DNA of 55,737 nucleotides from a virus (taxonomy: Duplodnaviria > Caudoviricetes), in the IMG/VR virus record IMGVR_UViG_3300043753_000025, positions 1-55,737 of that record; one strand, given 5' to 3'. Within the stretch, counting starts at the first letter, position 1. Each line of letters starts with the position of its first letter. Under the pieces are notes generated by a model that did no database searches, was not told the origin of the DNA, and saw nothing but the letters and a program-made list of their open reading frames with translations. This document shows, in pieces, positions 32,835 to 42,295 of this stretch. The position numbers were made by a program, and so were the translations under genes.

Positions 32835-33274
32835 GAGATCAGCCCCGGTACGTAGAGCTGCGCGGTCCAGTCCGCGTGCGATGCGGTGTGCGCACCGCCC
32901 CGACCCCGGTGGTGGAAGGAGCACAGCCAGCGGAACTGTCCCGGCGAGCTCTCCGCCCAGTGGGCGATCTCCTCGGCACTCGCGTGCTCGCTGATCTCCG
33001 GGAAGTCCTGGTGCAGGGCCTCCGCGTCGACGGCGTTCACCACTGCGAACTCAAGTGTGGCGTGGTGCAGCTCCAGTTGGCCAGCGCACTCGTTCTCGCC
33101 GGCGCGCTCGCCAACGAAGCAGACCGCGCCATCGCGGTGATGGCGCCGGTAGGCGTTGAAAGCAGCGTAGTGCGGGTCGCCTTCGCGGGGCTCGTGTTCC
33201 GGGTAGTGGACGGTGTAGCGGTGGCTCACGGCCTGGTCGTGCGCGGCGACGGGGCCGTCGTGGGCGTGGGACAT
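32831..33274 (-). CDS. His-rich HNH-like protein
   Basis: C..C...LELHH...LCSFHHRG.GGAH; GGAGG RBS. Confidence 0.65.
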   Translation of the reverse strand: MSHAHDGPVAAHDQAVSHRYTVHYPEHEPREGDPHYAAFNAYRRHHRDGAVCFVGERAGENECAGQLELHHATLEFAVVNAVDAEALHQDFPEISEHASAEEIAHWAESSPGQFRWLCSFHHRGRGGAHTASHADWTAQLYVPGLIS

Positions 33275-33293
33275 GGTGCCTCCGGGCATGCAA

Positions 33294-33318
33294 AAGCCCC
33301 GCACTCGGGGCGGGGCTT
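33294..33318 (-). terminator. Terminator between tail and lysis genes
   Basis: AAGCCCCGC-N7-GCGGGGCTT followed by TTGC on minus strand. Confidence 0.7.
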
Positions 33319-33333
33319 GGGGTACGGGATGGG

Positions 33334-33747
33334 TCAGTTGGTGGGCGGCACCGCGACCACCCAGCCGGTCGGCAACTGCACCTTCGGGCCGCCCAGCGGA
33401 GTCGGCTCCGGGTGCGGCTCTGGCTCGCAGTCGCAGCTGGGCAGGTGGTCCGGGTGCGGGGCCTGGCAGTCGGCGGCGTGGACGCGCGCGGCGTGCTCGA
33501 GGTCGACGGTGTGGTCCGCGCAGGCGAACACGGCGATGGTCGTGTCCCCTGCGCTGGGCAGCGGCCCGAACTCCGGCCGTGGCCGCGACGGATCGGCCCC
33601 CGCCAGCGCCAGGTCCCGGCGCGCCTGCTCGACCGCGACCAGCTGCGCGAGCTCCGCATCGGACGGTCGGCGAGACCACTGCACCGCGGCCCGGCCACCG
33701 CAGTGACCGCAACTCGGGCTGGCGGGAGGAAGAAGCGGATCAGACAT
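33334..33747 (-). CDS. Hypothetical Cys/His protein at end of tail cluster
   Basis: CGHCG...ACADH...HAADC...CDC. Confidence 0.7.
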   Translation of the reverse strand: MSDPLLPPASPSCGHCGGRAAVQWSRRPSDAELAQLVAVEQARRDLALAGADPSRPRPEFGPLPSAGDTTIAVFACADHTVDLEHAARVHAADCQAPHPDHLPSCDCEPEPHPEPTPLGGPKVQLPTGWVVAVPPTN

Positions 33748-34276
33748 GGAGCCACCAGACGGCGAGAGAAGAGGAGAGGTCTGCGTCAGTCGCGCTGTTC
33801 AGCGCGCCGCCGCTGCCCTGCCAGCCCGCGACCTCGATGTAGTCCGAGGTCCCGTTGCAGTAGATCGGCCTGGTTGGGGTCACGATCGCGCAGTCGTTGC
33901 TGCCGGTTGCCGGAGACGTCATCCCGCCGGCCCCCTTGATCGGCGCCCCGTTCTGCTGAAGCCGGGCAGCCCTCGCACCGTTGGCGTTCAGCGCGATCGC
34001 GGCCACGCCGGCCGCCACGTACCAGCCCGGCTGCTGCGGCGTGTACCGCGACGAGTTGGTGGTGGTGCTGTGCCCGTTGTAGGTGTCGACCTGGGCGGTA
34101 TCCAGGCTCAAGGCGATCCAGTTCGCGTTGCCGATGGACTGCGCCACGGACTGCGTGCCGATGAAAACCGGCGGCTGCTGACTCCAGTTCAGGGCGTCGC
34201 GAATCGAGTTGAGCAGGTTCACCGTGGCGACGTCGCCGACGGACCAGCTATACGGGGTGGGGCGGGCCAGGGCCAT
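33740..34276 (-). CDS. Minor tail protein
   Basis: Beta-rich, NSSRYTPQQPGWY...NGTSDYIEV; position. Confidence 0.75.
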   Translation of the reverse strand: MALARPTPYSWSVGDVATVNLLNSIRDALNWSQQPPVFIGTQSVAQSIGNANWIALSLDTAQVDTYNGHSTTTNSSRYTPQQPGWYVAAGVAAIALNANGARAARLQQNGAPIKGAGGMTSPATGSNDCAIVTPTRPIYCNGTSDYIEVAGWQGSGGALNSATDADLSSSLAVWWLHV

Positions 34277-34288
34277 CGCGCCTCCGGG

Positions 34289-37200
34289 TCAGTAGGCGGC
34301 CCGCGGGCCGGTGGTGTTGGTGACGGCGTCCAGCGCGTCGAAGGCAGTCGGGTAGGCGGCGGCGGTGGCTGGCGGGAGCGTCACCCCGGCGGCCAGCGGC
34401 TGGCAGATCACCGCGCCCGCGACGTGGTTGCTGGCGAGGTTGCTGGTCAAGGTGACGGCGACGCTGGTGTAGCCCGGGCTCGTGGCTGCAACGGCCTGCA
34501 CCGTCACCTGCTCGGCCGCCGGGGTGCCGTACCCCACCGTCAGCACGGTGCCCGCAGGAAGCGCCGCAGCGGCCGGGTTGGAAGCAGAGCCGGACAGCGG
34601 CGACAGGGTGATCACGTTGCTGCTCGCCGTTGCAGCCAGCGCCAGCGTGACGTGCATCGGCGCCGGCACCCACCAGCCCACGTAGGGCCCGGCCGGGGTG
34701 AGCTCCAGCTCCAGCGTCAACTGCCCCTGGTCGTCGCCGTGCCAGCTCACCTTCTCGACGAACTGGCTGAGGCTGATCGCCGCGGCACCCGGGCCGGACG
34801 GCGGCCGCCGGTTCACCTGTGCCCGCACGCCGAAGCCGAGCCCGAGCACGATCGGCCACAACTGCGGGTTCGCGCTCGGGTTGACCGTCAGCCGCTGCAC
34901 ACGCGCCTGCGGCTGCCCATACTGCTGGGCCAGATACGCCGCGGCCAGCAGCGGCTGCGTGGCGTCCTGGACGTTGATGCTCCGCTGCAGCGTCCGCGGC
35001 AAGTACTCGCTGACCGAGGCCGAGTTGGTCGCCTGCGCGGCCGGCTGCTGCGGGAAACCCGGGGCGACCTGGTTGGTGACCTCGACCGTGTTGTAGATGT
35101 GTGTGGTGTCGAAGTCCAGTCCGAGGTCGCCGCCGTACGGAACCTCGCCGGCTGACTGTTGCTCGCCGAGCGTCACGGCGGCGGTGGTCTGCAGGTAGCG
35201 CCACTTGCGGCCGGTCAGCCAGAGCACCCCAGCGGCATCCGCATAGACCTGCCCGGCCTCTGAGTCGCCCACCAACTGAAGGGCCGACATCGCGTCCGTA
35301 CCCGCCAAGTTGGCCCCACCCATCGGGGTCACGGCGGTCTGCGACGACAGCGTGCCACCGTAGCCCGCCATGCTCAGGATCCGCTGGGCTCGGGCCGCGC
35401 TGGTCTCACCAGCCCACCCGGTCGAGATGCCGTTGCCGAGGTCGTAGGCCACCGAGTTGCCGATGGCGTACGGGAATTCGGCGACGAGCGCGAGATCACC
35501 GGCGAACGTGTTGTATCCGGCGCCGTTGTAGATCGCCGCACCGAGGGTGTCGGAGGTGCAGCCCGACGGGTGGTAGTCCCCAGTCGTCACGGACTGGTAG
35601 CCGTGGTTGTCACACGCCACGGTGAACGTAGTGCCGTCGGCGCTGAGTTGGATCACCGCTGTGTGCCAGTTCCCGTCCAGGCAGGAGAAGTCCGGCACAC
35701 CGACGGCGGCGGTCGAGGTCCCGGCCGCATTGGAGATCGAGGCGCCGAAATGGCCGGACGAGTCAACATATAGCTGCAGGTAGGCCTTGCTGCCCGCTCC
35801 CGTGCCGAGCCCGCCTGGCGCGTAGGCGCTCCAGACCACCATCGCCGCAGACGGCGCGGTGACGCTCGTACGGAAGGAGATCGCCCTCGTCCAGCCGCCA
35901 GAAACCGGCGGCCCCCACGGGCCCTGCCACGGCGAGCTGATGTACATCGCCTGCGAGGGGGAACCGCTCCCAGGCGAAGGGTTGACGATCGTCGCCACCG
36001 GGCCCGGCACGCCAACGAGTCCGGTGCCGGTCACCGAGGACCCCGCACTGATGCTCGCCCCCGTGCCGCCGTTCGGTGCCGGCCACGCGAATCGTGCGGA
36101 CCGCTGCCCGGACGCGTCGTTGAACTGAGTGCTTCCGGTCGGCTCGTTCAGCGGATAAAGCATGCTCGGCCCCAGCGCGAGCAGCTGCTGCATGTAGCTG
36201 GGCTGCAGCGTGAACTGGGACAACCCGGCGAGCACATCGATGCAGGTCAAGTCCACGATGCCGTACGTACCCTGTTGCGACCACTGCTGCGGCCAGCGCT
36301 CGACGCTCCCGGTCCACAGCGGTTCCACCACCCCGCCAGCCGTCCACGGCGTCGCTGCCGCGGCCTGCTCCATCTGCCAGCCCGTCACGTTCACGATGCT
36401 CGCCACCGACGGGCTGCTGCTGATCTGCACACCGGGGCGGCACGAGATCGCCCCGGCGGGCGCGGTCACCGTGTAGGTCACCAGCGCCCAGGACGTCCCG
36501 AGTACCGGCACGGTGACGGCGCTGCCGATGCTCGCCGTGATCCGGGCTCCGGATACTGGGTACCAGCTGATGCGGTGAGCGACCTGCAGGGTCGCGTCAC
36601 CGCCCGAGGCCTGCGCCACCCAGCAGGTGAACGTGTATGACTGGCCTGCCTGCACGGCAAGCGCCGACCCGTCGGCGACAGTCCAGCTGGTGCCGTTCGA
36701 GATGAGCCCCAGCATGTTGGTCGTCGCGGCGGAGGCCGGAATCGACCACGCATGTGCGGTTGTGTGCCCGGCCGGTGCTGGCGGCAGCCCGGCGGCCGGG
36801 GCCACGGTGCCCGCGCTGACGCCCAGGCTCACGGTGCTGGCCCCTGAGCTGACGTTCTGCGGCATCGCGTTGCGGCTCGGCGGCCACACTGCCTGCAGCC
36901 TGCACGACCGCATCGGCACCACGTTCGGCGCGTACGGGGACGCGGAGTTGGTGAGGTCGAGCGCACCGTCGAGGTTCCACAAGGACAACGTGAGCTGACC
37001 GGACTGGATCTGGTCGAGCTCGTACTGGCGCCCGCTCTGCTCTGCCGACCAGGAGCCGCGCAGGCGCGAGGAGAGATCCACGTAGGCCGGCGGCGTCGTC
37101 TGGGAGCCGCCCGTGTTGAACGCCACCTGGAACTGCACCTGCGGCCACGACGGCATCAGCGCGCTCGCGCCGGCCGGGGTGTTGACGTGCTCGACGTACG

Positions 37201-37741
37201 CGGCCTGGCCCGTGACGGTGGCTGAGCTGGCGCCGAACGCCACCGAGACAGCGTGCGGCGACCAGCTGTAGGCGATCGCCGCGAGTTGGGTCCAGCTGAA
37301 CCCGTCCGGGCTGGCCGAGAACAGGAACTGGCCGCCGGACTCGGCGATCTGCCACCAGGCATGCTGAGTCGGGTCGAAGGCCGGCAGGCTGACGGTGGCC
37401 GCGGTGCCGCCGTTAACGACGACGGCCTGCCAGCTCAATCCCGGCACGCAGGCCAGGTAGGCCTGGTTGCCGGTGCTGGCCTGCACGGCCATTGTCGTCT
37501 GCACCGCCTGGCCGCCGGCCCCAGCCAGCGCCGGAGTCACCCGGGCATACAGGGACTGGCCGGTCGCCTCATACGGCCCGGCCGCCGCCAGCGCGGAGCC
37601 GGCCACCGTGGCGGCGATCGACACCCTGCCCGGCGCGGCCAGCGAGACGGCGCCCGAGTTGCCATTCCACACCGCGGTGTTGAGCGCCCCCGCGGTGAGC
37701 GGATCCACCAGGCTGCCGAGCAGGGGGTTCGACACAGCCAC
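34289..37741 (-). CDS. Large minor tail protein with carbohydrate-binding/LamG-like domains
   Basis: 1150 aa after tape measure; GRQYELDQIQSG, YPLNEPTG, DGNWHTAV. Confidence 0.85.
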   Translation of the reverse strand: MAVSNPLLGSLVDPLTAGALNTAVWNGNSGAVSLAAPGRVSIAATVAGSALAAAGPYEATGQSLYARVTPALAGAGGQAVQTTMAVQASTGNQAYLACVPGLSWQAVVVNGGTAATVSLPAFDPTQHAWWQIAESGGQFLFSASPDGFSWTQLAAIAYSWSPHAVSVAFGASSATVTGQAAYVEHVNTPAGASALMPSWPQVQFQVAFNTGGSQTTPPAYVDLSSRLRGSWSAEQSGRQYELDQIQSGQLTLSLWNLDGALDLTNSASPYAPNVVPMRSCRLQAVWPPSRNAMPQNVSSGASTVSLGVSAGTVAPAAGLPPAPAGHTTAHAWSIPASAATTNMLGLISNGTSWTVADGSALAVQAGQSYTFTCWVAQASGGDATLQVAHRISWYPVSGARITASIGSAVTVPVLGTSWALVTYTVTAPAGAISCRPGVQISSSPSVASIVNVTGWQMEQAAAATPWTAGGVVEPLWTGSVERWPQQWSQQGTYGIVDLTCIDVLAGLSQFTLQPSYMQQLLALGPSMLYPLNEPTGSTQFNDASGQRSARFAWPAPNGGTGASISAGSSVTGTGLVGVPGPVATIVNPSPGSGSPSQAMYISSPWQGPWGPPVSGGWTRAISFRTSVTAPSAAMVVWSAYAPGGLGTGAGSKAYLQLYVDSSGHFGASISNAAGTSTAAVGVPDFSCLDGNWHTAVIQLSADGTTFTVACDNHGYQSVTTGDYHPSGCTSDTLGAAIYNGAGYNTFAGDLALVAEFPYAIGNSVAYDLGNGISTGWAGETSAARAQRILSMAGYGGTLSSQTAVTPMGGANLAGTDAMSALQLVGDSEAGQVYADAAGVLWLTGRKWRYLQTTAAVTLGEQQSAGEVPYGGDLGLDFDTTHIYNTVEVTNQVAPGFPQQPAAQATNSASVSEYLPRTLQRSINVQDATQPLLAAAYLAQQYGQPQARVQRLTVNPSANPQLWPIVLGLGFGVRAQVNRRPPSGPGAAAISLSQFVEKVSWHGDDQGQLTLELELTPAGPYVGWWVPAPMHVTLALAATASSNVITLSPLSGSASNPAAAALPAGTVLTVGYGTPAAEQVTVQAVAATSPGYTSVAVTLTSNLASNHVAGAVICQPLAAGVTLPPATAAAYPTAFDALDAVTNTTGPRAAY

Positions 37742-37744
37742 CTC

Positions 37745-40700
37745 CTACGCGAGCACCAGTCCGGTGGTCTGGTTGCGCTTGCCGTTCCGCAGCGCCTGGG
37801 TCTGAACGATCTTGAAAAGCTCGTGCCCATCCACCTGGACGACGATGTCCGGCAGAGAACCCGAGGCCGCAGCAGCCGTGGGCTGGCCTACTGCCAGAGC
37901 GCCGAGACCAGCGCTGCCCGCTACCGCCAGTGCCCCGGCGTTGGCCACCGACGGGCCCAGCGCGGGCTGCATGCCGCCGATCTCGGCCGTCAGGCCGGTC
38001 AGTTGGGACCGCAGCGATGGGATCTTGGACTCGATGCCGTTGATCAGGCCGCCGATCAGCAGCTGGCCGGCGGGCTGCAGGAGGACCGCGTCCTTCTCTG
38101 GCGGGCCCTTCCACGACGTCAAGTCGTTGGTCAGGCCCGTCAACGTCTTCTTGACGCTGCTGATCTTGGACTCGATGCCGTGCACCAGGCCGCCGATGAT
38201 CTTGGAGCCAGCATCCTCCAGCCAGTGCTCCGCATCATGAAAGACCCGGCCAATCGCATCCGGCAGGCCCGTCACGAATTTGACCGCATCGGAAACGGCG
38301 TCAGAAATTCCGTGGAAAGCTGGCTCGAACACATTATGCCAGAGCCATAGCGCGAGTTTCTCGATCGCCTTGAAAGTGACCTCAACCCCGACGCGGAACC
38401 AAGTGAAATGGTTCCAGGCATAAATCACAGCCGCGACCAAAGCGGTGATCGCGATGATCACAAGCCCGATCGGATTTGCGTCGAGCGCGAGATTCAGCAG
38501 CCATTCCGCCGCCGTCAAAACGCCCTCGGCGACAGCGGACGCCAGGGTGGCGACCTTTTCGGCGACCCAGGCGAGAGCGGCTCGCGTTGCCGCCAGCGCA
38601 CTCTGACCGGCCGCCACCGCCGTCTCCAGCAAGCTGGCCGCAGCCGCCTTGCTGGCCGTCGCCACTCCCTTGAGGCCGGACACCATCCCCGACCAGGCCG
38701 ATGCCGCACCGGCCTTCGTCGCCTGGGCCAGGTTCGAGCCCATCGTCAGGGCCGAGGAGCCGACCGACCGCAGCGTCGTCAGCGCATTGGCGCCCCCCTC
38801 CTTGACGCCCTGCCACAAGTAGCGGGCGCGGAAGCTGGCCGAATTGAATGACGAGATCAGGGCATCCTTACCGACCGAGGCCTTTGACGACACAAAGTCC
38901 CAGGCCGATGACGCGCCAGACGAAACCGTCTGCCAGGCCGACATGCCCTTGCTAGCCGCCGTAGATAGGCCATCGCGCACCGTCGAGGCCGCGTCCTTGG
39001 CTTTCCCATATCCATCTTGGATATCGCTCCACAGCTTCTTTCCCTGCGAGAAAGGGAAACTGGCGATGTCCTTTGCAAGCGATGCGACTACGCCGATCGG
39101 CTTCAGCACCGACAGCGCCGTCAGCCGGATCGCCAGCGGCACGAGCGCCACCGCGATCAGGTCACGGACCACGCCCTTATGCTCGTCCATCTCGTGGCTG
39201 ACGGTCACCACGGCTGGCCCGACAATGCCGGACAGGATGCTCGCGATCGCCCGCAGCGCCGTCAGACCCGTGCTGCCCAGCATCTGGAGAGTCGGGCCCG
39301 CCGCCCGCGAGATGTTCCCGAAGGCGGTGCTGACCTGGCTGGCGAACGTCGACAGATCGTCCGCCACCTTGCGCAGCTCCTGGCCAGCCTCCTGCCAGCC
39401 CGTCAGGGGCTGCGCGCCGACAGTCGCCCCGCCGTGCTGCTGGCCGGCGGCCGTGGTCGCTACGCGGCCGGGCACACGCTTCTGCGCCTGGCCGTCGAAG
39501 CCGGCCGCGATGCCGCCGATGGCCGATGCGAAGTCGTGCACGACCGGGGCACCCTTGGACTCCAGCAGGGTGATCAGGCTGGACAGCATCGGGATCATGC
39601 CGTTGCCGAGCCGGATCATCACAGAGTCGAACCCGGCCCGCAGCTCCTTCAGCTGCTGGTTCAACGTCCGCTGGACCTCGGCGAACCCCTGGACCTTGCC
39701 CGACGAATCTGCCGTCGCACTTCCGACGGCCTTGATGGTGTCGGCAGTTGACTGGAAGTTCGCGCCCACCGTCGCCAGTGCGGCATTCGCGCCCGGCGCC
39801 GTCCCCATCATCTCTTTCAGAGCCGCGGCAAACTCCGGAGTCCCCTCCTTGCCCGCCTTGCTGGCCATCTGCGACAGGTACTCCATCGCGTCCGTCAGAC
39901 CGTTCGGGCCGTGGAGCTTCTGGGACACCGTGTCGGCGTTGACGCCGTACTTGTACCAGGCGAGTCCCATGGTGTTCGTCGGGTTCAGCAGCGACCGCAG
40001 CGCCTGGGCCAAGTTCTGGCTGGCCCTCTGCGCAGTAAACCCGTGGTTCGTCATGTTGCTCAGCGCGGCCATGACGTCCTGGAACGAGATGCCCGCCGCG
40101 CTGGCGGCCGGCACGATCGAGGCGAACGATGCGGAAAAGTCCTGGAGGTTGGTTTTGCCCCTCGCCACTGCGGCGATCATTTTCGAGGTGATGTCGGCCG
40201 CGTCGCTGGCCCGAAGGTGGTAGTCGACCAGGACGTCCGTCATGGCCTGGGCCACCGTGGTGGTGTCCGCACCCTCGGCGGCGGCGCCCTGGGCAGCGGC
40301 CTTCAGCACCGTCAGGCCGTCGGCCGCATGGAAGCCAGCGGCCTCCACGTAGTACATGGCCTGCGACAGGTTCTCGGCGGAGACACCGACCTGACCGGCC
40401 ATGCTCAGCATGCCGTTGCGGACCATCTGCAGCGCCGACTGCTGCTCGCCCGCCGAGGTGACCAGGCGGGTGGTCGAGCTCTGGAAATCGCTGGCCATCT
40501 TGACGGCCTCGTAGCCGATCCCCGCCACGCCCAACGCGACGAAGTCCGACGCGCCCTTCAGCACACCGGACAGACCGAGCCACTTGCCGCCCAGCTCCTC
40601 CGACGCAGCCGCGGCCTCCCTCGAGGAGGTGGTCGACTCCTTCTGCGCAACGGCCAGTCGCTCGACCGCTGTTGCCGCCTCATCGGCCGCCACGGCCAGG

Positions 40701-40909
40701 CGCTCCAGCGCGGCCGCCGTCTCCGACGCCCCGGCCAGGCCGTCCGCGCCGACCCGCCCCAGAGCCGCCGCGGTCTCGTCCGCCGCGACGTTGAGGGCGT
40801 CAAGTCGGCCGATGAACTCCTCAGCCTTCGCCGCGGCCGTCACCAGGCCCTCGGTGAACGGGGCGGTGATCGAGCGGAGGGTGATCCACAGGTCCGCGAC
40901 CTCGGCCAT
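37745..40909 (-). CDS. Tape measure protein
   Basis: 1054 aa Ala-rich; LDANPIGLVIIAI; SWKGPPEKD; follows chaperone genes. Confidence 0.92.
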   Translation of the reverse strand: MAEVADLWITLRSITAPFTEGLVTAAAKAEEFIGRLDALNVAADETAAALGRVGADGLAGASETAAALERLAVAADEAATAVERLAVAQKESTTSSREAAAASEELGGKWLGLSGVLKGASDFVALGVAGIGYEAVKMASDFQSSTTRLVTSAGEQQSALQMVRNGMLSMAGQVGVSAENLSQAMYYVEAAGFHAADGLTVLKAAAQGAAAEGADTTTVAQAMTDVLVDYHLRASDAADITSKMIAAVARGKTNLQDFSASFASIVPAASAAGISFQDVMAALSNMTNHGFTAQRASQNLAQALRSLLNPTNTMGLAWYKYGVNADTVSQKLHGPNGLTDAMEYLSQMASKAGKEGTPEFAAALKEMMGTAPGANAALATVGANFQSTADTIKAVGSATADSSGKVQGFAEVQRTLNQQLKELRAGFDSVMIRLGNGMIPMLSSLITLLESKGAPVVHDFASAIGGIAAGFDGQAQKRVPGRVATTAAGQQHGGATVGAQPLTGWQEAGQELRKVADDLSTFASQVSTAFGNISRAAGPTLQMLGSTGLTALRAIASILSGIVGPAVVTVSHEMDEHKGVVRDLIAVALVPLAIRLTALSVLKPIGVVASLAKDIASFPFSQGKKLWSDIQDGYGKAKDAASTVRDGLSTAASKGMSAWQTVSSGASSAWDFVSSKASVGKDALISSFNSASFRARYLWQGVKEGGANALTTLRSVGSSALTMGSNLAQATKAGAASAWSGMVSGLKGVATASKAAAASLLETAVAAGQSALAATRAALAWVAEKVATLASAVAEGVLTAAEWLLNLALDANPIGLVIIAITALVAAVIYAWNHFTWFRVGVEVTFKAIEKLALWLWHNVFEPAFHGISDAVSDAVKFVTGLPDAIGRVFHDAEHWLEDAGSKIIGGLVHGIESKISSVKKTLTGLTNDLTSWKGPPEKDAVLLQPAGQLLIGGLINGIESKIPSLRSQLTGLTAEIGGMQPALGPSVANAGALAVAGSAGLGALAVGQPTAAAASGSLPDIVVQVDGHELFKIVQTQALRNGKRNQTTGLVLA

Positions 40910-40931
40910 GCTGGCGCCTCCCTCCAGGGGG

Positions 40932-41405
40932 TCAGTCGGCGGAGTCGGCGGCGGCCGTCCAGTCGATCGCAGCGAAGGCGGTGCGGTAGTTGACCTCGGC
41001 CTGGATGCCGGCCATGCGGCTGGCAGGCTCCAGGAACGGGTACGTGGAGCCGTTCTTCAGCCCGGTCTCCAGGTACAGCGCGTACTTGCTGGACGGGGTC
41101 CGGGGGTTGTACTCGGCAAACTGCCCGGGGCGCATGCCGACCTTGGTCTCCCAGCCGGCCGGACTCCGCTTCACGGCCTCGCGGATGATCGAACGCCGCA
41201 GCGTCCCGGAGATGACGGCTGGGCCCAGCCCGGGCGTGGCCGGCGTCGGCGTACCCCAGGCGTGGCGCCCGTTCGAGGCGTTGGTCCGGGCCTGCTTGGC
41301 TACCGCGTCGGCCGTCTTGATCAGCCCGGCCCGGGCGCCCTTGACACCCAGCCGCTGCACCCGCACGAGCGCCTCGCGGAGCGACGCGGCGCTGAACTCC
41401 GGCAC
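40932..41405 (-). CDS. HK97 gp10-like neck/tail protein
   Basis: PAVISGTLRRSI...YALYLETG...YPFLEPA. Confidence 0.75.
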   Translation of the reverse strand: MPEFSAASLREALVRVQRLGVKGARAGLIKTADAVAKQARTNASNGRHAWGTPTPATPGLGPAVISGTLRRSIIREAVKRSPAGWETKVGMRPGQFAEYNPRTPSSKYALYLETGLKNGSTYPFLEPASRMAGIQAEVNYRTAFAAIDWTAAADSAD

Positions 41406-41409
41406 GGCA

Positions 41410-41661
41410 TCACCCCTTCGCCGCACGGTTGTTGGCTGTCCGCTCCGCCTCGCGGCGTGCGATCAGCAGGTCCCAGCACACCCGGCGGACGTACGGCGGC
41501 GTCGCCTCCAGGTCGGCCCACGACCAGCCGTACGCGATCATGAGCTCGACCCACTGCACCTCGACTGGTCCCGGCCCGCTGCCCCAAGTCCCCTCGTAGA
41601 TGGACTCGGCAGGCCAGAGCACGTCGTTGAGGTACGACGAATCGAGCTCTACTGAGGGTTT
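41410..41661 (-). CDS. Tail assembly chaperone -1 frameshift extension (gpT-like)
   Basis: Open -1 frame after slippery A AAC CCT (41661-41655); YGWSWADLEATP. Confidence 0.75.
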   Translation of the reverse strand, partial: KPSVELDSSYLNDVLWPAESIYEGTWGSGPGPVEVQWVELMIAYGWSWADLEATPPYVRRVCWDLLIARREAERTANNRAAKG

Positions 41662-42188
41662 TGCAGCTCCGCGAAGGCCCTGAAGACCTGGGCCAGCGCG
41701 CCGGACGGCGCGCGGCGGAGCATGGCCGCGTCGGTCGGTGTGGGCAGCAGCGGGGGCACATCGGCGTCCGACATGGCGTCCCACATGCACCAGCCGCGGA
41801 TGAGCTTCAGCAGCTGGTCGTAGACCTTGTCGTTGTCCCGGGCGAGCGGCTCCCCGTTGGGTCCGACCTCCACCGCGGTCAGCGCCGCAGCGATCTCGTC
41901 CAGGGCGGTCTGCGGCATCATGCCCGGGTTGCGGATCTCGATCCACGGCTCCGGCAGGCCCGGCAGTGCGAACTGCGGCAGCGGGATCCGGGTCCAGCGG
42001 GAGGCGTAGCCGCCCTCCGGGATCTGCACCGCGGTGGCCTGCTGGTCGGCCAGCTGCGGCAGCGGCGTCGGCTGCACGACCGGCGGCGCAGGCGGCTGGG
42101 CGTCGAACGCCGCCGGTACCGGCGCCGACGCGGGCTGCACCGGGGCCGGCTGCGGCACGGGGGCGGGCGGGTAGACGGGAGTGGACAT
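41649..42188 (-). CDS. Tail assembly chaperone (gpG-like)
   Basis: GAGGAG RBS; WIEIRNP...LIRGWCMWD; between tail tube and tape measure. Confidence 0.8.
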   Translation of the reverse strand: MSTPVYPPAPVPQPAPVQPASAPVPAAFDAQPPAPPVVQPTPLPQLADQQATAVQIPEGGYASRWTRIPLPQFALPGLPEPWIEIRNPGMMPQTALDEIAAALTAVEVGPNGEPLARDNDKVYDQLLKLIRGWCMWDAMSDADVPPLLPTPTDAAMLRRAPSGALAQVFRAFAELQNPQ

Positions 42189-42295
42189 GATGCTCCTCGT
42201 GAGGGGTTGGGGAGTTGGAAGGTCCCGGCGCGGTGGTGGCGCGTCCCCGCGCCCTCACGCCAGCGCGCCGCACCGCGCCGGGAGTTGGTGACCGC

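Noticed and set aside
38220-39080. Lower-GC patch in tape measure as a foreign insert or intron
   Set aside because: Frame stays open and encodes ordinary hydrophobic/aromatic tape-measure repeats.
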